Source of the DNA: the human T2T-CHM13v2.0 reference genome, Homo sapiens
Direction: 5' to 3' (one strand)
Length of the DNA: 64,000 bases
Assembly: GCF_009914755.1 (NCBI RefSeq)
Contig: NC_060932.1
The notes beneath the pieces were generated by a model. The model searched no databases, was not told the origin of the DNA, and saw only the letters and a list, made by a program, of their open reading frames with translations. The position numbers and the translations under genes were made by a program. Shown here piece after piece: positions 11,061-26,600 of this stretch. Positions within the stretch are counted from its first letter, which is position 1. Each line of letters starts with the position of its first letter.

Positions 11061-14000
11061 TTGAAAAACTGTTTTTGTAGAATCTGCAAGTGGATATTTG
11101 GACGTCTTTGATGCCTTCATTGGAAACGGTATTCCTTCATATGAAAGATAAACAGAAGAATTCTCCGAAACTTCTTTGTGATGTGTGCATTCTACTCAAA
11201 GAGTTGAACATTCCTTTCTATATAGAAGTTTTTAAACACTCTTTTTCTAGAATTTCCAAGTGGATATTTAGTTTGCTTTGAGGCCTTTGTTAGAAAATGA
11301 AATGTCTTCATATAAAAAATAGAGATAATCATTCTCAGAAACAATTTTGTGATGTGTGCGTGCAACTCACAGAGCTTAACTTTCTTTTGATGGGTCTGAT
11401 TTGAAACACTTCTTTTGTAGAATTTGCAAGTGTATATTTATTGCTCTTTAAGACCTGTGGTAGAAAAGGATATCTCTTCACATAAAAACTAGACAGAAGC
11501 ATTCTCAGAGACCACATTGTGATGCTTGCATTCAACTCACAGAGTTGAACATTCCTCTTGAGAGAGCAGTTTTGAAACAGTCTTTTTGTAGGCTCTGCTG
11601 GTGGATATTTGACCTCTTTGTGGCCTTCTTTGGAAACAGGATTTCTTCATTTGTAAATTAGAAAGAAGATTTCTCAGAAACTTCTTTGTGATGTGTGCAT
11701 TTATTTCACAGAGTTGAATTTTGCTTTCAATAGAGTAGTTTTGAAACACTCTTTTTGTAGAATTTCCAAGTGAATATTTAGAGTGGTTTAAGGCCTAACC
11801 TAGAAAAGGAAATATCTTCATATGGAAACTACACAGAATCATTCTCAGAAACTACTTCATGATGTGTGCGTTCAACTCAAAGAGTTTAACCTTTCTTTGG
11901 ATGGGGCAGTTTTGAAACACTCTTTTTGTAGTATCTGCAAGTGGATATTTTGACCTCTTTGTGGCCTTCGTTGGAAACGGGAATTTCTTCACTTAAAAAT
12001 AGACAGAAAAATTCTCAGAAACTTCTTCGTGATGTGTATGTTCAATTCACAGAGTTGAACCTTCCTTTCGATAGAGCAGTTTTGAAACACTCTTTTTGTT
12101 GTATTTTCAACTGGATATTTAGAGTGTTTTAAGGCCTATGGTAGAAAAGGATATATCTTCATATAACAACTAGACAGAATCATTCTCAGAAGCTACTTTG
12201 TGATCTCTGCGTTCAACTCACAGAGTTTAACATTTCTTTTGATAGAGCAGTTTTGAAACACCGCTTTTGTAGAATTTGCAATTGTATATTGACAGCACTT
12301 AGACGCCTATTTTAGAAAACGAAATATCTTCACATAAAAATTAGAAACATTCTCAGAAAATGCATTGGGATGTTTGCATTCAACGCACTGTGTTGAACAT
12401 TCCCCTTGGTGTAGCAGTTTTGAAACATTTTTTTTCTAGAATCTGCAAGTGGATATTTAGACCTCTTTGAGACCTTCGTTGGAAACTGGATTTCTTCATA
12501 TAAAAACTAGACAGAAAGACTCTCAGAAACTTCTTTTTGATGTGTGCATTCAACTCACAGAGTTGAAACTTCCTTTCGATAGAGCAGTTTTGAAAAACTC
12601 TTTTTGCAGAATTTCCAAGTGGATATTTAGATCGCCTTGAAGCCTATGGTAGAAAAGGAAATATCTTCATATAAAAATTATACAGAATCTTTCTCAGAAA
12701 CTAGATTGTGATTTGTGCTTTCAATTCACTGAATTTAACCTTTCTTTTGGTAGAGCAGTTTTGAAACACTATGTTTGTAAAGTCTGCAAGTGTATATTTG
12801 GAGCACTTTAAAGCCTTCTTTGGAATCAGGAATATCTTCACATAAAAAGTAAACAGAAGTATTCTCAGAAACTTCTTTGTGTTGTCTGCACTCAACTAAC
12901 AGAGTTTAACCTTCCTTTTGATAGAACAGTTTTGAAACACTCATTTTGTAGAGTTTGCGAGTGGATATTAAGAGCGTTTTTTGGCCTATGGTAGAAAAGG
13001 AAATATCTTCATATTAAAAATACACAGAGGCATTCTCAGAAACTACTTTGTGATGTTTGCATTAAACTCACAGAGTTGTACATTACTTTCGATAGAGTAG
13101 TTTTGTAACACTCTTTTTGTAGACTCTACAAGTGGATATTTGGACCTCTTTGAGGCCTTCGTTGGAAACGGGACTTTCTTCATATAAAAACTAGACAGAA
13201 GAATTCTCAGAAACTTGTTTATGATGTGTGCATTCAATTCACAGAGTTGAACTTTTCTTTCAATAGAGCAGTTTTGAATCACTCTTTTTGTAGAATTTCC
13301 TAGTGGATATTTAGAGCTGTTTGAGACCTATGGTAGAAAAGGAAATATCTTCATATAAAAACTAGACAGAATCATTCTCAGAAACTACTTTGTGATGTGT
13401 GCATTCAACTCACATAGTTTAACATTTCTTTTGATAGAGCAGTTTTGAAACACCACTTTTGTAGAATTTGCAAGTGTATATTCAGAGCGCTTTGAGGCCT
13501 ATGGTAGAAAATGAAATATCTTCACATACCAACGAGGCAGAAGCATTCTCAGAAACTACTGTGTGATGTTTGCATTCAACTGACAGAGTTGGACATTCCT
13601 CTTGATGGAGCAGTTTTGAAACTCTCCTTTGTAGAATCTGCAAGTGGATATTTGGAACTCTTTGAGGCCTTCGTTGGAAATGGGAATTTCTTCACTTGAA
13701 AAACAGACAGAAGAAATCTCTGAAACTTTCTGTGACATGGACATTCAACTCACAGAGTTGAATCTTTCTTTCGATAGAGCAGTTTTGAAACACTCTTTTT
13801 GTAGAATTTCCAAGTGGATATTTAGTGCGCTCTGAAGCCTGTGGTAGAAAAGGAAATATCTTCATAGAAAAACTGCACAGAAGCATTCTGAGATACTACT
13901 TTGTGTTGTTTGCATTCAACTCACAGAGTTGAACATTCCTTTTGATAGAGCAGTTTTGTAACACTCTTTTTGTAGAATCTGCAAGTGGTTATTAGGACTT

Positions 14001-17000
14001 CTTAGAGGCCTTCTTTGGAAACGGGATTTCTTCCTATAAAAAGTAGACAGAAGAATTCCCAGAAACTTCTGTGTGATGTGTGCATTCAACTCACAGAGTT
14101 GAAACTTCCTTTCAATACAGCAGTTTTGAAACACTATTTTTGAAGTATTTTCAAGTGAATATTTAGGGCGCCTTGAAGCCTATGGTAAAAAAGGGAATGT
14201 CTTCACATAGAAATTAGACAGAACCTTTCTCAGAAACTAGTTTGTGATGTGTGCTTTAAACTCACTGAGTTTAACCTTTCTTTTGTTAAAGCAGTTTTGA
14301 AACACTCTGTAAAGTCTGCAAGTGGATATTTGGAATGCTTTAATGCCTTCTTTGTAAAGGGGAATATCTTCACATAAAAGTAAACAGAAGTATTCTCAGA
14401 AACTCCTTTGTGATGTCTTCACTCAACTAACAGGGTTGAACCTTCCCTTTGATAGTGCAGTTTTGAAACACTCTTTTTGTAGAATTTGCGAGTGGATATA
14501 TAGAGCGTTTTGGGGCCTATGCTAGAAAAGGAAATATCTTCATATTAAAACTACACAGAGGCATTCTCAGAAACTACTTGTTGATGTTTGCATTCAACTC
14601 ACAGAGTTGAACATTCCTTTTGGTAGAGCACTTTTGAAACACTCTTTTTATAGGATATGCAAGTGGATATTTTGACCTATTTGAGGCCTTCCTTGGAAAC
14701 GGGATTTCTTCATTTAAAAACGAGATAGAAGAATTCACAGAAACCTCTTTGTGGTGTGTGCATTCAGTACACAGAGTTGAACCTTCCTTTCGATAGAGCA
14801 GTTTTGAAACTCTTTTTACATAATTTCCAAGTGGATATTTAGAGCGCTTTGAGGTCTATGGTTAAAAACGAAATATCTTCATATAAAAACCAGACAGAAT
14901 CATTCTCAGAAGCTACTTTGTGATGTGTGCATTCAACTCACAGAGTTTAACCTTTCTTTTCATGGAGAAATTTTGAAACCCTCTTTTTGTAGAATTTTGA
15001 AGTGGATATTTGGAGCACGTTGAAGCCTATGGTAGAAAAGGAAATATCTTCACATAAAAACTAAACAGAAGCATTCTCAGAAACTACTGTGTGATGTTTG
15101 CATTCAACTCACAGAGTTGAACATTCCTCTTGATGGAGCAGTTTTGAAACACTCTTTTTGTGGAATCTGCAAGTGGATATTTGAAGCTCTTTGAGGCCTT
15201 CATTGGAAACGGGCTTTCTTCTTATGAAAGCTAGACAGAATTCTCAGAAACATCTTTGTGTTCTATGCATTCAATTCACAGAGTTGAATCTTCCTTCCAA
15301 TAGAGCAGTTTTGAAACACTCTTTTTGAGGAATTTCCAAGTGGATATTTAGAGTGGTTTGAGGACTTTGGTAGAAAAGAAATTATCTACATATAAACACT
15401 AGACAGAATAATTCTCAGAAACTACTCTGTGATGTGTGCGTTCAAATCACAGAGTTTAACCTTCTTTTCAATAGAACAGTTTTGAAACACTTTTTTTGTA
15501 GAATTTCCAAGTGGATATTTAGTGCCCTTTGAAGCCTATGTTAGAAAAGGAACTATCTTCATAGAAAAACAACACAGGAGCATTCTCAGAAACCAGTTTG
15601 TGATGTGTGCATTGAATTCACAGAGTTTAACCTTTCTTTTGAATGGAGAAGTTTGAAACAATCTTCTTGTATGATTTGCAAGTGTATATTTAGGGCGCTT
15701 TGTAGCCTGTGGCAGAAAGTGAAATATCTTCACATAAAAAGTAGAGTGAAGCATTCTCAGAAACTAATTTGTGATGTTTGCATTCAACTCACAGAGCTGA
15801 ACAATCATTTGATAGAGCAGTTTTGAATCACCCTTTTTGTAGATTCTGCAAGTGGACATTTGGACCGCTGTGAGGCCTTCATTGAAAACGGGCATATCTT
15901 CACATAAAAATCAGACAGAAGGATTCCCAGAAACTTCTTAGTGATGTGTGCATTCAACTTACAGATTTTAACTTTTCTTTTGATAGGGCAGTTTTGAAAC
16001 ACTCTTTCTGTAGAATTTGCTAGTGGATATGTGCCTCCCTTTGAGGCTTATTTTGGAAAAGGAAATATCTTCACATAGAAAGTAGAAGGAATCATTCTCA
16101 GAAACTACTTTTTGATGTGTGACTTCAACTCACAGAGTTGAACCTTCCTTTTGATAGAGCATTTTTGAAACACACTTTTTGTAGAATCTGCAAGTGGATT
16201 TTTGGAGGGCTTTGAGGCCTACTTTTGAAACGGGTATATTTTCACAGAGAAAGTAGACAGAAGTATTCTCAGAAACTTCTTTGTGATGTCTGCATTCAAC
16301 TCACTGAGCTGAACCTGCCTTTGGATAGAGCAGTTTTGTACACTCATTTTGTAGAATTTCCAAGTGGATATTTAGAGTGCTGCATGTCCTATGGTAGAAT
16401 AGGAAGTATTTTCATAAAAAAGTAGACAGAAGCATTCTAAGAAACTACTTTGTGATGTTTCCATTCAACTAACAGAGTTGAACATTCCTTTTGATAGAGA
16501 AGTTTTGAAACACTCTTTTTGTGGAATCTGCAAGTGGACATTTAGACCGCTTTGAGTCCTTGGTTGGAAACGGGATTATCTTCACATAAAAACCAGAGAG
16601 AAGCATTCTCAGAAACTTCTTTGCGATGTGTGCATTCAACTCACAGAGGTGAATATTTCTTTTGATATAGCAGTTTTCTAACACTCTTTTTGTAGAATCT
16701 TCAAGTGGATATTTTATTCCCTTTGAGGCCCATGTTGGAAAAGGAGTTATCTTCACATAAAAATTAGAATGATACATTCTCATAAACTTCTTTGAGATAG
16801 ATAAGTGAATTCAACTCACAGACTTGAACCTTTCTTTTGACACAGCAGTTTTGAAACGCTCTGTTTGTAACGTTTGCAAGTGGACATTTGTAGTGCTTTC
16901 AGGCCTTCTTTGGAAAGGGGAATATCTTCCCATAAAAAGTAGACATAAGTATTCTCTGAAACTTCTTTGTGATGTCTGCACTCAACTCACAGAGATCAAC

Positions 17001-17288
17001 CTTCCCTTTGATAGAGCAGTTTTGAAACACTCTTTTTGTAGAGTTTGCAAGTGGAGATATAGAGCGTTTTGGGGCCTATGGTAGAAAAGGAAATATATTC
17101 ATAGAAAAACTACACAGAAGCATGCTCAGAAACTGCTTTGTGATGTTTGCATTCAACTCACAGAGTTGAATATTCCTTTTGATAGAGCAGTTTTGAAACA
17201 TTCTTTTTGTAGGATCTGCAAGTGAATATTTGGACCTCTACGAGGTCTTCGTTGGATACGGGAAATTCTTCACTTAAAAACTAGACAG

Positions 17289-17607
<319 letters not shown>

Positions 17608-20600
17608 AGACAGAAGAAACTCAGAAACTATTTGTGATGTGTGCATTCAGCTCACAGAGTTGAACCTTCCTTTTGATAGAGCAGTTTTAAACCACTCTTT
17701 TTGTAGAATTCCCAACTGGATATTTAGAGCACTTTGAAGCCTATGGTAGAGAAGGAAATATCTTCATAGAAAAGCTACACAGAAGCATTCTCAGAAACTA
17801 CTTTTTGATGTTTGCATTCAACTCACAGAGTTGAACTTTCCTTTTGATAGACCAGTTTTGTAACACTCTTTTTGTAGAATCTGCAATTGGACATTTTGGC
17901 CTCTTTGAGGCCTTCGTAGGAAATGGGATTCCTTCATATAAAAACTAGACAGAAGAATTCTTAGAAATTTCTTTGTGATGTGTGCATTCAAATCACAGAG
18001 TTGAAACTTCCTTTCAATAGAGCAGTTTTGAAACACTCTTTTTGTAGAAATTCTAAGTGGATATTTAAGGGGTTTGAGGCCTATGGTAGAAAAGGAAATA
18101 TCTTCATATAAAAACTAGACACAATGATTCTCAGAAACTAGTTTGTGATGTGTGTGTTCAACTCACAGATTTTAACCTTTCTTTTGATGGAGCAGTTTTG
18201 AAACACTCTTTTCCAAAGTTTGCAACTGTGGATTTAGAAGGCTTTGAGGCCTATGGTACAAAAGGAAATATCTTCACATAAAAACTAGACAGAAGCATTC
18301 TCCTAAACTACTTTGTGATGTTTGCATTCAACTCACAGAGTTTAACCTTTCTTTTGATAGAGAAGTTTTGAAACACACTTTTTGTAGAATTTGCAAGTGC
18401 ATATTTAGAGATCTTTGGGTCTATGGTAGAAAAGGAAATATCATCCCAAAAAACTAGACAGAAGCATTCTCAGAAACCACTTTGTGATGTTTGCATTCAA
18501 CTCACCGGGTTGAACAATCATTTGATAGAGCAGTTTTGAAACACCCTTTTTGTGTAATCTGCAAGTGGACATTTGGACCGCTTTGAGGACTTCATTGGAA
18601 ATGGGTATATCTTCAAATAAAAATCAGACAGAAGGATTCCCAGAAACTGCTTTGTGATGTGTGCATTCAACTTACAGAGTTAAACTTTTCTGTTGATAGA
18701 GCAGTTTTGAAACACTCTTTTTGTAGAATCTCCAAGTGGATATGTGCCTCCCTTTGAGGCTTATGTTGGAAAAGGAAATATCTTCATATAAAAACAAGAA
18801 AGAATCATTCTCAGAAACTTATTTTTGATGTGTGCCTTCAACTAACAGAGTTGAACCTTCCTTTTGATAGAGCATTTTTGAAACAATCTTTTTGTAGAAT
18901 CTGCAAGTGGATCTTTGGAGTGCTTTGAGGCCTACTTTTGAAACGGGTATAACTTCACATAGAAAGTAGACAGAAGTATTCTCAGAAACTTCTTTGTGAG
19001 GTCTGCATTCAACTCACAGAGTTGAAACTTCCTTTGGATAGAGCAGTTTTGAAACACTCTTTTTGTAGAATTTGCAAATGAATATTTAGAGAGCTTTGTG
19101 TCGAATAGGAAGTATTTTAATAAAAAAAGTAGACAGAAGCATTCTAAGAAACTATTTTGTGATGTTTCCATTCAGCTAACAGAGTTGAACATTCCTTTGT
19201 ATAGAGAAGTTTTGAAACAGTCTTTTTGTGGAATCTGCAAGTGGATATTTCGACCGATTTGAGGCCTTCGTTGGAAACGGGATTATCTTCACATAAAATC
19301 CAGAGAGAAGCATTCTCAGAAACTTCTTTGTGATATGTGTATTCAACTCACAGAGGTGAATATTTCTTTTGATATAGCAGTTTACAAACACTCTTTTTGT
19401 AGGATCTTCAAGTGGATATTTTATTCCCTTTGAGGCCCATGTTGGGAAAGGAGTTAACTTCACATAAAAACTAGAATGAATCGTTCTCATAAACTTCTTT
19501 GTGATGAGTGAATTCAACTCACAGAGTTGAATCTTTCTTTTGACAGCAGTTTTGAAATGCTCTGTATGTAAAGTTTGCAAGTGGATAATTGGAGGTCTTT
19601 GAGGTCTTTATTGGAAACGGGAATATCTTCACATATAAAGTAGACATAAGTATTCTCTGAAACTTCTTTGTAATGTCTGCACTCAACTCACAGAGATAAA
19701 CCTTCCCTCTGATAGAGCAGTTTTGAAATAGTCTTTTTGTAGAATTTGCAAGTAGATATTTAGAGTGTTTTGTGGCCTATGGTAGAAAAGGAAATATATT
19801 CATAGAAAAACTACACAGAAGCATTCTCAGAAACTGCTTTGTGATGTTTGCATTCAACTCAAAGAGTTGAACATTCCTTTTGATAGAGCAGTTTTGAAAC
19901 ACTCTTTTTGTAGGATCTGCAAGTGGATATTTGGACCTCTATGAGGCCTTCGTTGGAAACGAAAAATTCTTCACTTAAAAACTAGAGAGAAGAAATCTCA
20001 GAAATTTTTTGTGATGTGTACACTCAACTCAGAATTGAACCTTCCTTTTGATGGAGCAGTTCTGAAACACTGTTTTTGTAGAATTTCCAACTGGATATTT
20101 AGAGCGCTTTGAAGCCTATGGTATAGAAGGAAATATCTTCATAGAAAAAGTACACAGAAGCATTCTCAGAAACTACTTTCTGATGTTTGCATTCAACTCA
20201 CAGAATTGAACATTCTTTTTGATAGAGCAATTTTGTAACACCCTTTTCATAGAATCTGCAAGTGGATATTTGAAACTCTTTGAGACCTTCATTGGAAACG
20301 GGATTTCTTCCTATGAAAACTAGACAGAAGGATTCTCAGAAACTTCTTTGTGATGTGCGCATTCAGTTCACAATGTTGAACCTTCCTTTCGATAACCAGT
20401 TTTGAAACACTCTTTTTGTAGAATTTCCAAGTGGATATTTAGAGCTATTTGCGGCCTATTGTAGAAAAGGAAATATCTTCATATAACCACTAGACAGAAT
20501 CATTCTCAGAAACTGCTTTGTGATATTTGCATTCAATTCACAGAGTTTAACACTTCTTTTGATAGAGCAGTTTTGAAACAATCTTTTTTGTGGAATTTGA

Positions 20601-23600
20601 AAGTGAGTATTTAGAGGGCTTTGAGGCCTATGGTACAAAAGGAAATATCTTCATATGAAAACTAGACAGAACCATATTCAGAAACTACTTTGTGATGTGT
20701 GCTTTCAACTCACAGAGTTTAACCTTTCTTTTGATGGAGCAGTTTTAAGACACACTTTTTGTAGAATTTGCAAGTGTATATTTAGAGCACTTTGAGGCAT
20801 ATGGTAGAAAAGGAAATATCTTCACGTAAAAAGTAGACAGAAGCATTCTCAGAAACTACTTTGTAATGATTGCATTCAACTCACAGAGTTGAACATTGCT
20901 CTTGATAGAGCAGTGTTGAAACACTCTTTTTGTAGAATCCGCAAGTGGATACTTGGACCTCTTTCAGGCCTTCATTGGAAGCGAGATCTCCTCATTTAAA
21001 TACTTGACAGAAGAATTTTCAGAAAATTCTTTGTGATGTGTGCATTCAACTCACAGAGTTTAACCATCCTTTCGATAGAGCAGTTTTGAAACAATCTTTT
21101 TGTAGAATTTCCAAGTGGATATCTTGTGCACTTTGAGGCCTTTGGTCTAAAAGGAAATATCTTCATATAAAAACTTGACAGAATCATTCTCAGAAAGTAC
21201 TTTGTGATGTGTGAGTTCAACTCTCAGAGTTTAACATTTCTTTTCATGGTGCAGTTTTGAAACACTCTTTTTGTAGAATTTGCAAGTGTATATTTAGAGC
21301 GCTTTGAGGCCTATAGTAGAAAAGGAAATTTCTTCACATAAAAACTAGACAGAAGCACCCTCAGAAACTGCGTTGTGGTGTTTGCATTCAACTAAGAGAG
21401 TTGAACATTCCCCTTGATAGAGCCGTTTTGAAACACTCTTTTTGTAGTATCTGCAAGTGGATATTTGGAACTCTTTGAGACCTTCGTTGGAAACCGGATT
21501 TCTTCATTTAAATATGAGACAGAAGAATTCTCAGAAACTTCTTTGTGATGTGAGCATTCAACTCACAGAGTTGAACGTTCCTTTTGATACACAAGTTTTG
21601 AAACACTCTTTTTGTAGAATTTCCAATTGGATTTTTAGAGCGCTTGGAGGCCTATGGTAGAAAAGGAAATATCTTCACATAAAGACTAGACAGAATCATG
21701 CTCAGAAACTAGTTTGTGATGTGTGCGTTCAACTCACCCAGTTTAACATTTCTTTTGATGGGGAAGTTTTGAAACACTCTTTTTGTAGAATTTGCAAGTG
21801 TATATTTAGAGTGTTTTGAGGCCTATGGTAGGAAAGGAAATATCTTCACATAAAAACTAGACAGAAGAATTCTCAGAAACTACTTTGTGAGTTTTGCATT
21901 CAATTAACAGAGTTGAACATTCCTCTTGATAGAGCAGTTTTGAAACACTCTTTTTGTAGAATCTGCAAGTAGATACTTGGACCTCTTTGAGGCCTTCGTT
22001 GGAAACGGGATTTCTTCATATAAAAACTAGACAGAAGTATTCTCAGAAACTTTTTTGTGATGTGTGCATTCAACTCACAGAGTTGAAGGTTCCTTTCGAT
22101 AGAGTAGTTTTGAAACACTCTTTTTGTAGAATTTCCATGTAGATATTTAGTGCGCTTTGAAGGCTATGGTAGAAAAGGAAATATCTTCGTATAAAAACTG
22201 GACAGAATCATTCTCAGAAGCTAGTTTGTGATGTGTGCGTTGAACTCGACTTTAACTTTTCTTTTGATGGAGCAGTCGTGAAACACTCTTTTTGTAGAAT
22301 TTGCAAGTGTGTATTTAGAGGACGTGAGGCCTATGATAAAAAAATTAAATATCTTCACATGAAAAGTTGACAGAAGCATTCTCAGAAACTACTTTGTGAT
22401 GTGTGCTTTGAACTCACAGAGTTTATCCCTTCTTTTGATGGAGCAGTTTTGAAAGACTCTTTTTGTAGTATTTCCAAATGGATATTTGGAACGCTTTGAA
22501 GCCTATGGTAGAAAAGGTAATATCTTCATAGAAAAACTACACAGAAGGATTCTCAGAGACAACTTTGTGATGTTTGTATTCAACTCACAGAGTTGAACAT
22601 TCCTTTTGATAGAGTAGTTTTGTAACACTCTTTTTGTAGAATCTGCAAGTGGATATTTTGACCTCTCTGATGTCTTCATTGGAAACGGGTATTTCTCCAT
22701 ATAAAAAGTAGACAGAAGAATTCTCAGAAACTTCTTTGTGATGTGTGCATTCAATTCAAAAAGTTGAATCTTCCTTTCGATAGTGCAGTTTTGAAACAAT
22801 CTTTTTGTGGAATTTCCAACTGGATATTTAGTGCGCTTTGCAGCATGTGGCAGAAATGGAAATATCTTCACTTAAAAACTAGACAGAAGCATTCTCAGAA
22901 ACTACTTTGTGATGTACTCATTAAACTCAGAGAGTTGAAAACTCCTCATGATAGAGCAGTTCTGAAACACTCTTTTTGTAGGATCTGCAACTGGTTATTT
23001 GGACCTCTTTGAGATCTTCGTTTGAAACGGGATTTCTTCATTTAAATACTGGACAGAAGAATTCTCAGAAACGTCTTTGTGTTGTGTGCATTCAACTCAC
23101 AGGGTTGAACTTTCATTTTGATAGAGCAGTTTTCAAACACTCTTTTTGTAAAATTTCCAACTGGATATTCGGAGTGCTTGGAGCCGTAAGGTACAAAAGG
23201 AAATATCTTCATATAAAAACTAGACAGAACCATTGTCAGAAACTACATTGTGATGTGTGCATTCAACTTTCATAGTTTAACCTTTCTTTTGATAGAGCAG
23301 TTATGAAACACTCTTTTTTTTTTTTTAGAATTAGCAAGTGTGTATATAGAGGGATTCTGGGCCCATGGTAGAAAAGGAAATATCTTCACATAAAAACTAG
23401 ACAAAATCATTCTCAGAAACTACTTTGTGATGTGTGTGTTGCACTCACAGAGTTTATCCTTTCTTTTGATGGCGCAGTTTTGAAACACTCATTTAGTAGA
23501 ATTTTCAAGTGGATATTTAGAGCGCTTTGAAGCCTATGATAGAAAAGGAAATATCTTCATAGAAAAACTACACAGAAGCATTCTCAGAAGCTACTTTGTG

Positions 23601-26600
23601 ATGTTTGCATTCAACTCACAGAGTTGAACATTCCTTTTGATAGAGTGGATTTGTAACACTCTTTTTGTAGAATCTGTAAGTGGATATTTGGACCTCTCTG
23701 AAGCCTTCCTTGGAAACAGTAATTTCTTCATATGAAAACTAGACAGAAGAATACACAGAAACTTCTTTGTGATGAGTGCATTCAATTCACAGAGGTGAAC
23801 CTTCCTTTCGATAGAGCAGTTTGGAAACACTCTTTTTGTAGAATTTCCAAGTGGATATTTAGAGCACTTGGAGGCTATGTTAGAAAAGGAAATGTCTTCA
23901 TATAAAAACTAGACAGAAGTTTTCTCAGAAACGATTTGTGATGTGTACATTCAATTCACAGAGTTTAGCTTTTCTTTTGATAGAGCAGTTACGAAACACT
24001 CTTTTTGTAGAATTTGCAAGTGTGTATTTAGAGTGCTTGGAGGCCTATGGTAGAAAAGGAAATATCTTCACATAAAAACTAGACAGAAGCATTCTCAGAA
24101 ACTACATTATGATGTGTGCGTTGAACTCACAGAATTTAATCTTTCTTTTGATGGAGCACTTTTGCAAAACTTTTTTTGTAGAATTTCCAAGTGGATATTT
24201 AGAGCGCTTTGAAGCCTGTGGTAGAAAAGGAAATATCTTCATAACAAACTACACAGAAGCATTCTCAAAAACTACTTTGCGATGTTTGCATTCAACTCAC
24301 AGTGTTGAACATTCCTCTTGATAGATGTGTTTTGAAACACTGTTTTTGTAGACTCTGCAAGTGGATATTTGGACGTCTTTGAGTCCTTCTTTGGAAAAGG
24401 GATTTCTTCATATAACAACTAGACAGAAGATTTCTCAAAAACTTTGTGATGTGTCCATTCAACTCACAGACTTGAAACTTTCTTTTGATGGAGCAGATTT
24501 GAAACAGACTTTTTCTAGAATTTCCAGGTGGATATTTAGAGCACTTGGAGGCTTATGGTAGAAAAGGAAATATCTTCATATAAAAAGTAGTCAGAATCAT
24601 TATCAGAAACTATTTTGTGATGTGCTCATTCAACTCACAGAGTTGAACCTTTCATTTGATAGAGCAGTTATGAAACACTCTTTTTGAAGTATTTGCCAGT
24701 GGATAATTGGAGCGCTTTGTGGCCTATGTTAGTAAAGGAATTATCTTCATAGAAAAACCAGACAGAAGCATTCTCAGAAATTTCTTTGTCATGTGTGCGT
24801 TGAACTCACAGAGTTGAATCTTTCTTTTGATAGAGCAGTTTTGAAACACTCTTTTTGTAGAATCCTCAAGTGGATATTTGGAGTGCTTTGAGGCCCAATG
24901 TAGAAAAGAAAATACCTTCATATAAAAACTTGAAGGAAGCATTCTCAGAAACTTCTTTGTGATGTTTGCATTCAACTCACGGAGATGAACATTCCTTTTG
25001 ATAGAGCAGTTTTGAAAAACTCTTTTTGTGGAATCAGCAAGTGGATATTTGGACAACTTTGAGGCCTTTGTAGGAAACAGGATTATCTTCACATAAAAAC
25101 CAGAGAGAAGAATTCTCAGAAACTTCTTTGCTATGTGTGCATTCAACGCACAGAAGTGAACTTTTCTTTTGACAGAGCAGTTTTTAAACACTCTTTTTGT
25201 AGAATCTTCAAGTGGATAATTCATTCCCTTTGGGGCCCATGTTGGAAAACGAATTATCTTCACATAAAAACTAGAAAGAAACATTCTTATAAACTTATTT
25301 GTGATGAGTGCATTCAACTCACAGAGTTGAACCTTCCTTTTGACAGAACAGTTTTGAAACACTCTTTAAAATGTCTGAAATTGGAAATTTGGAGGTTTTT
25401 TAGGCCTTCTTTGGAAACGGGAATATCTTCACATAAAAAGTAGACAGAAGTATTCTCAGAAACTTCCTTGTGATGTCTGCACTCAACTCACAGATTTGAA
25501 CCTTCCTTTTTGATAGAGCAGTTTTGAAACACTCTTGTTGTAGAGTTTCCAAAGGGATATTTTCAGCGCTTTGAAGCCGATAGTAGAGAAGGACACATCT
25601 TTATAGAAAAACTACACAGAAGCATTCTCAGAAACTACTTTGTGATGCTTGCATTCAACTCACATTGTTGGACATTCCTTTTGATAGAGCAGTTTTGTTA
25701 CACTCTTTTTGTAGAATATGTAAGTGGATATTTGGACCTCTTTGAGGCCTTCGTTGGAAACGGGATTTCTTCATGTAAAAACTAGACAGAAAAATTATCA
25801 GAAACTTCTTTGTGATATGTGCATTCAACTCACAGAATTTAACCTTCCTTTCGATAGAGCAGTTTTGAAATCCTCTTTTTGTAGAACTTCCAAGTGGATA
25901 TTTAGTGTGCTTTGAGTCCTCATATAAAAACTAGACACAATGATTCTTAGAAACTAGATTGTGATGTGTGCATTCAACTCACATATTTTAACCTTTGTTT
26001 TGAAGGAGCAGTTTTGAAACACTCTTTTTTCAGAATTTGCAAGTGTACATTTAGAGTGCTTTGAGGCCTATGGTAGAAAAGAAAATATCTTCACATAAAA
26101 ACTAGACAGAAGCATTCTCATAAACTACTTTGTGATGTTTGCATTCAACTCACAGAATTGAACATTCCTCTTGATAGAGCAGTTTTCAAACACTCTTTTT
26201 GTAGTATCTGCAAGTGGATATTTGGACCTCTTTGAGGCCTTCATTGGAAACGGGATTTCTTCATGCAAATACTAGACAGTAGAATTCTCAGAAATTTCTT
26301 TGTGATGACTGTATTCAACTCACAGAGTTGAATATTATTTTCGATAGAGCAGTATTGAAACACTCTTTTTGAAGTACTTCCAAGTGGATATTTATAGTGC
26401 TTTGATGCTTATGGTAGAAAAGGAAAAAACTTCATTTAAAAACTAGACAGAACCATTCTCAGAAACAACTTTGTGATGTGTGCGTTCAACTCACAGATTT
26501 GAACATTTCTTTTGATAGAGCAGTTATGAAACACTCTTTTTGTAGATTTTGCAAGTTTGAATTTAGAGGGCTTTGAGGCCTATGGTAGAAAAGCAAATAT

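Noticed and set aside
24724-25362. 212-aa minus-strand ORF with ~57-aa internal repeats (also 29797-30270 and 19176-19580)
   Set aside because: 171 bp is divisible by 3, so a stop-poor frame of the alphoid monomer reads through several units; not evidence of a gene.
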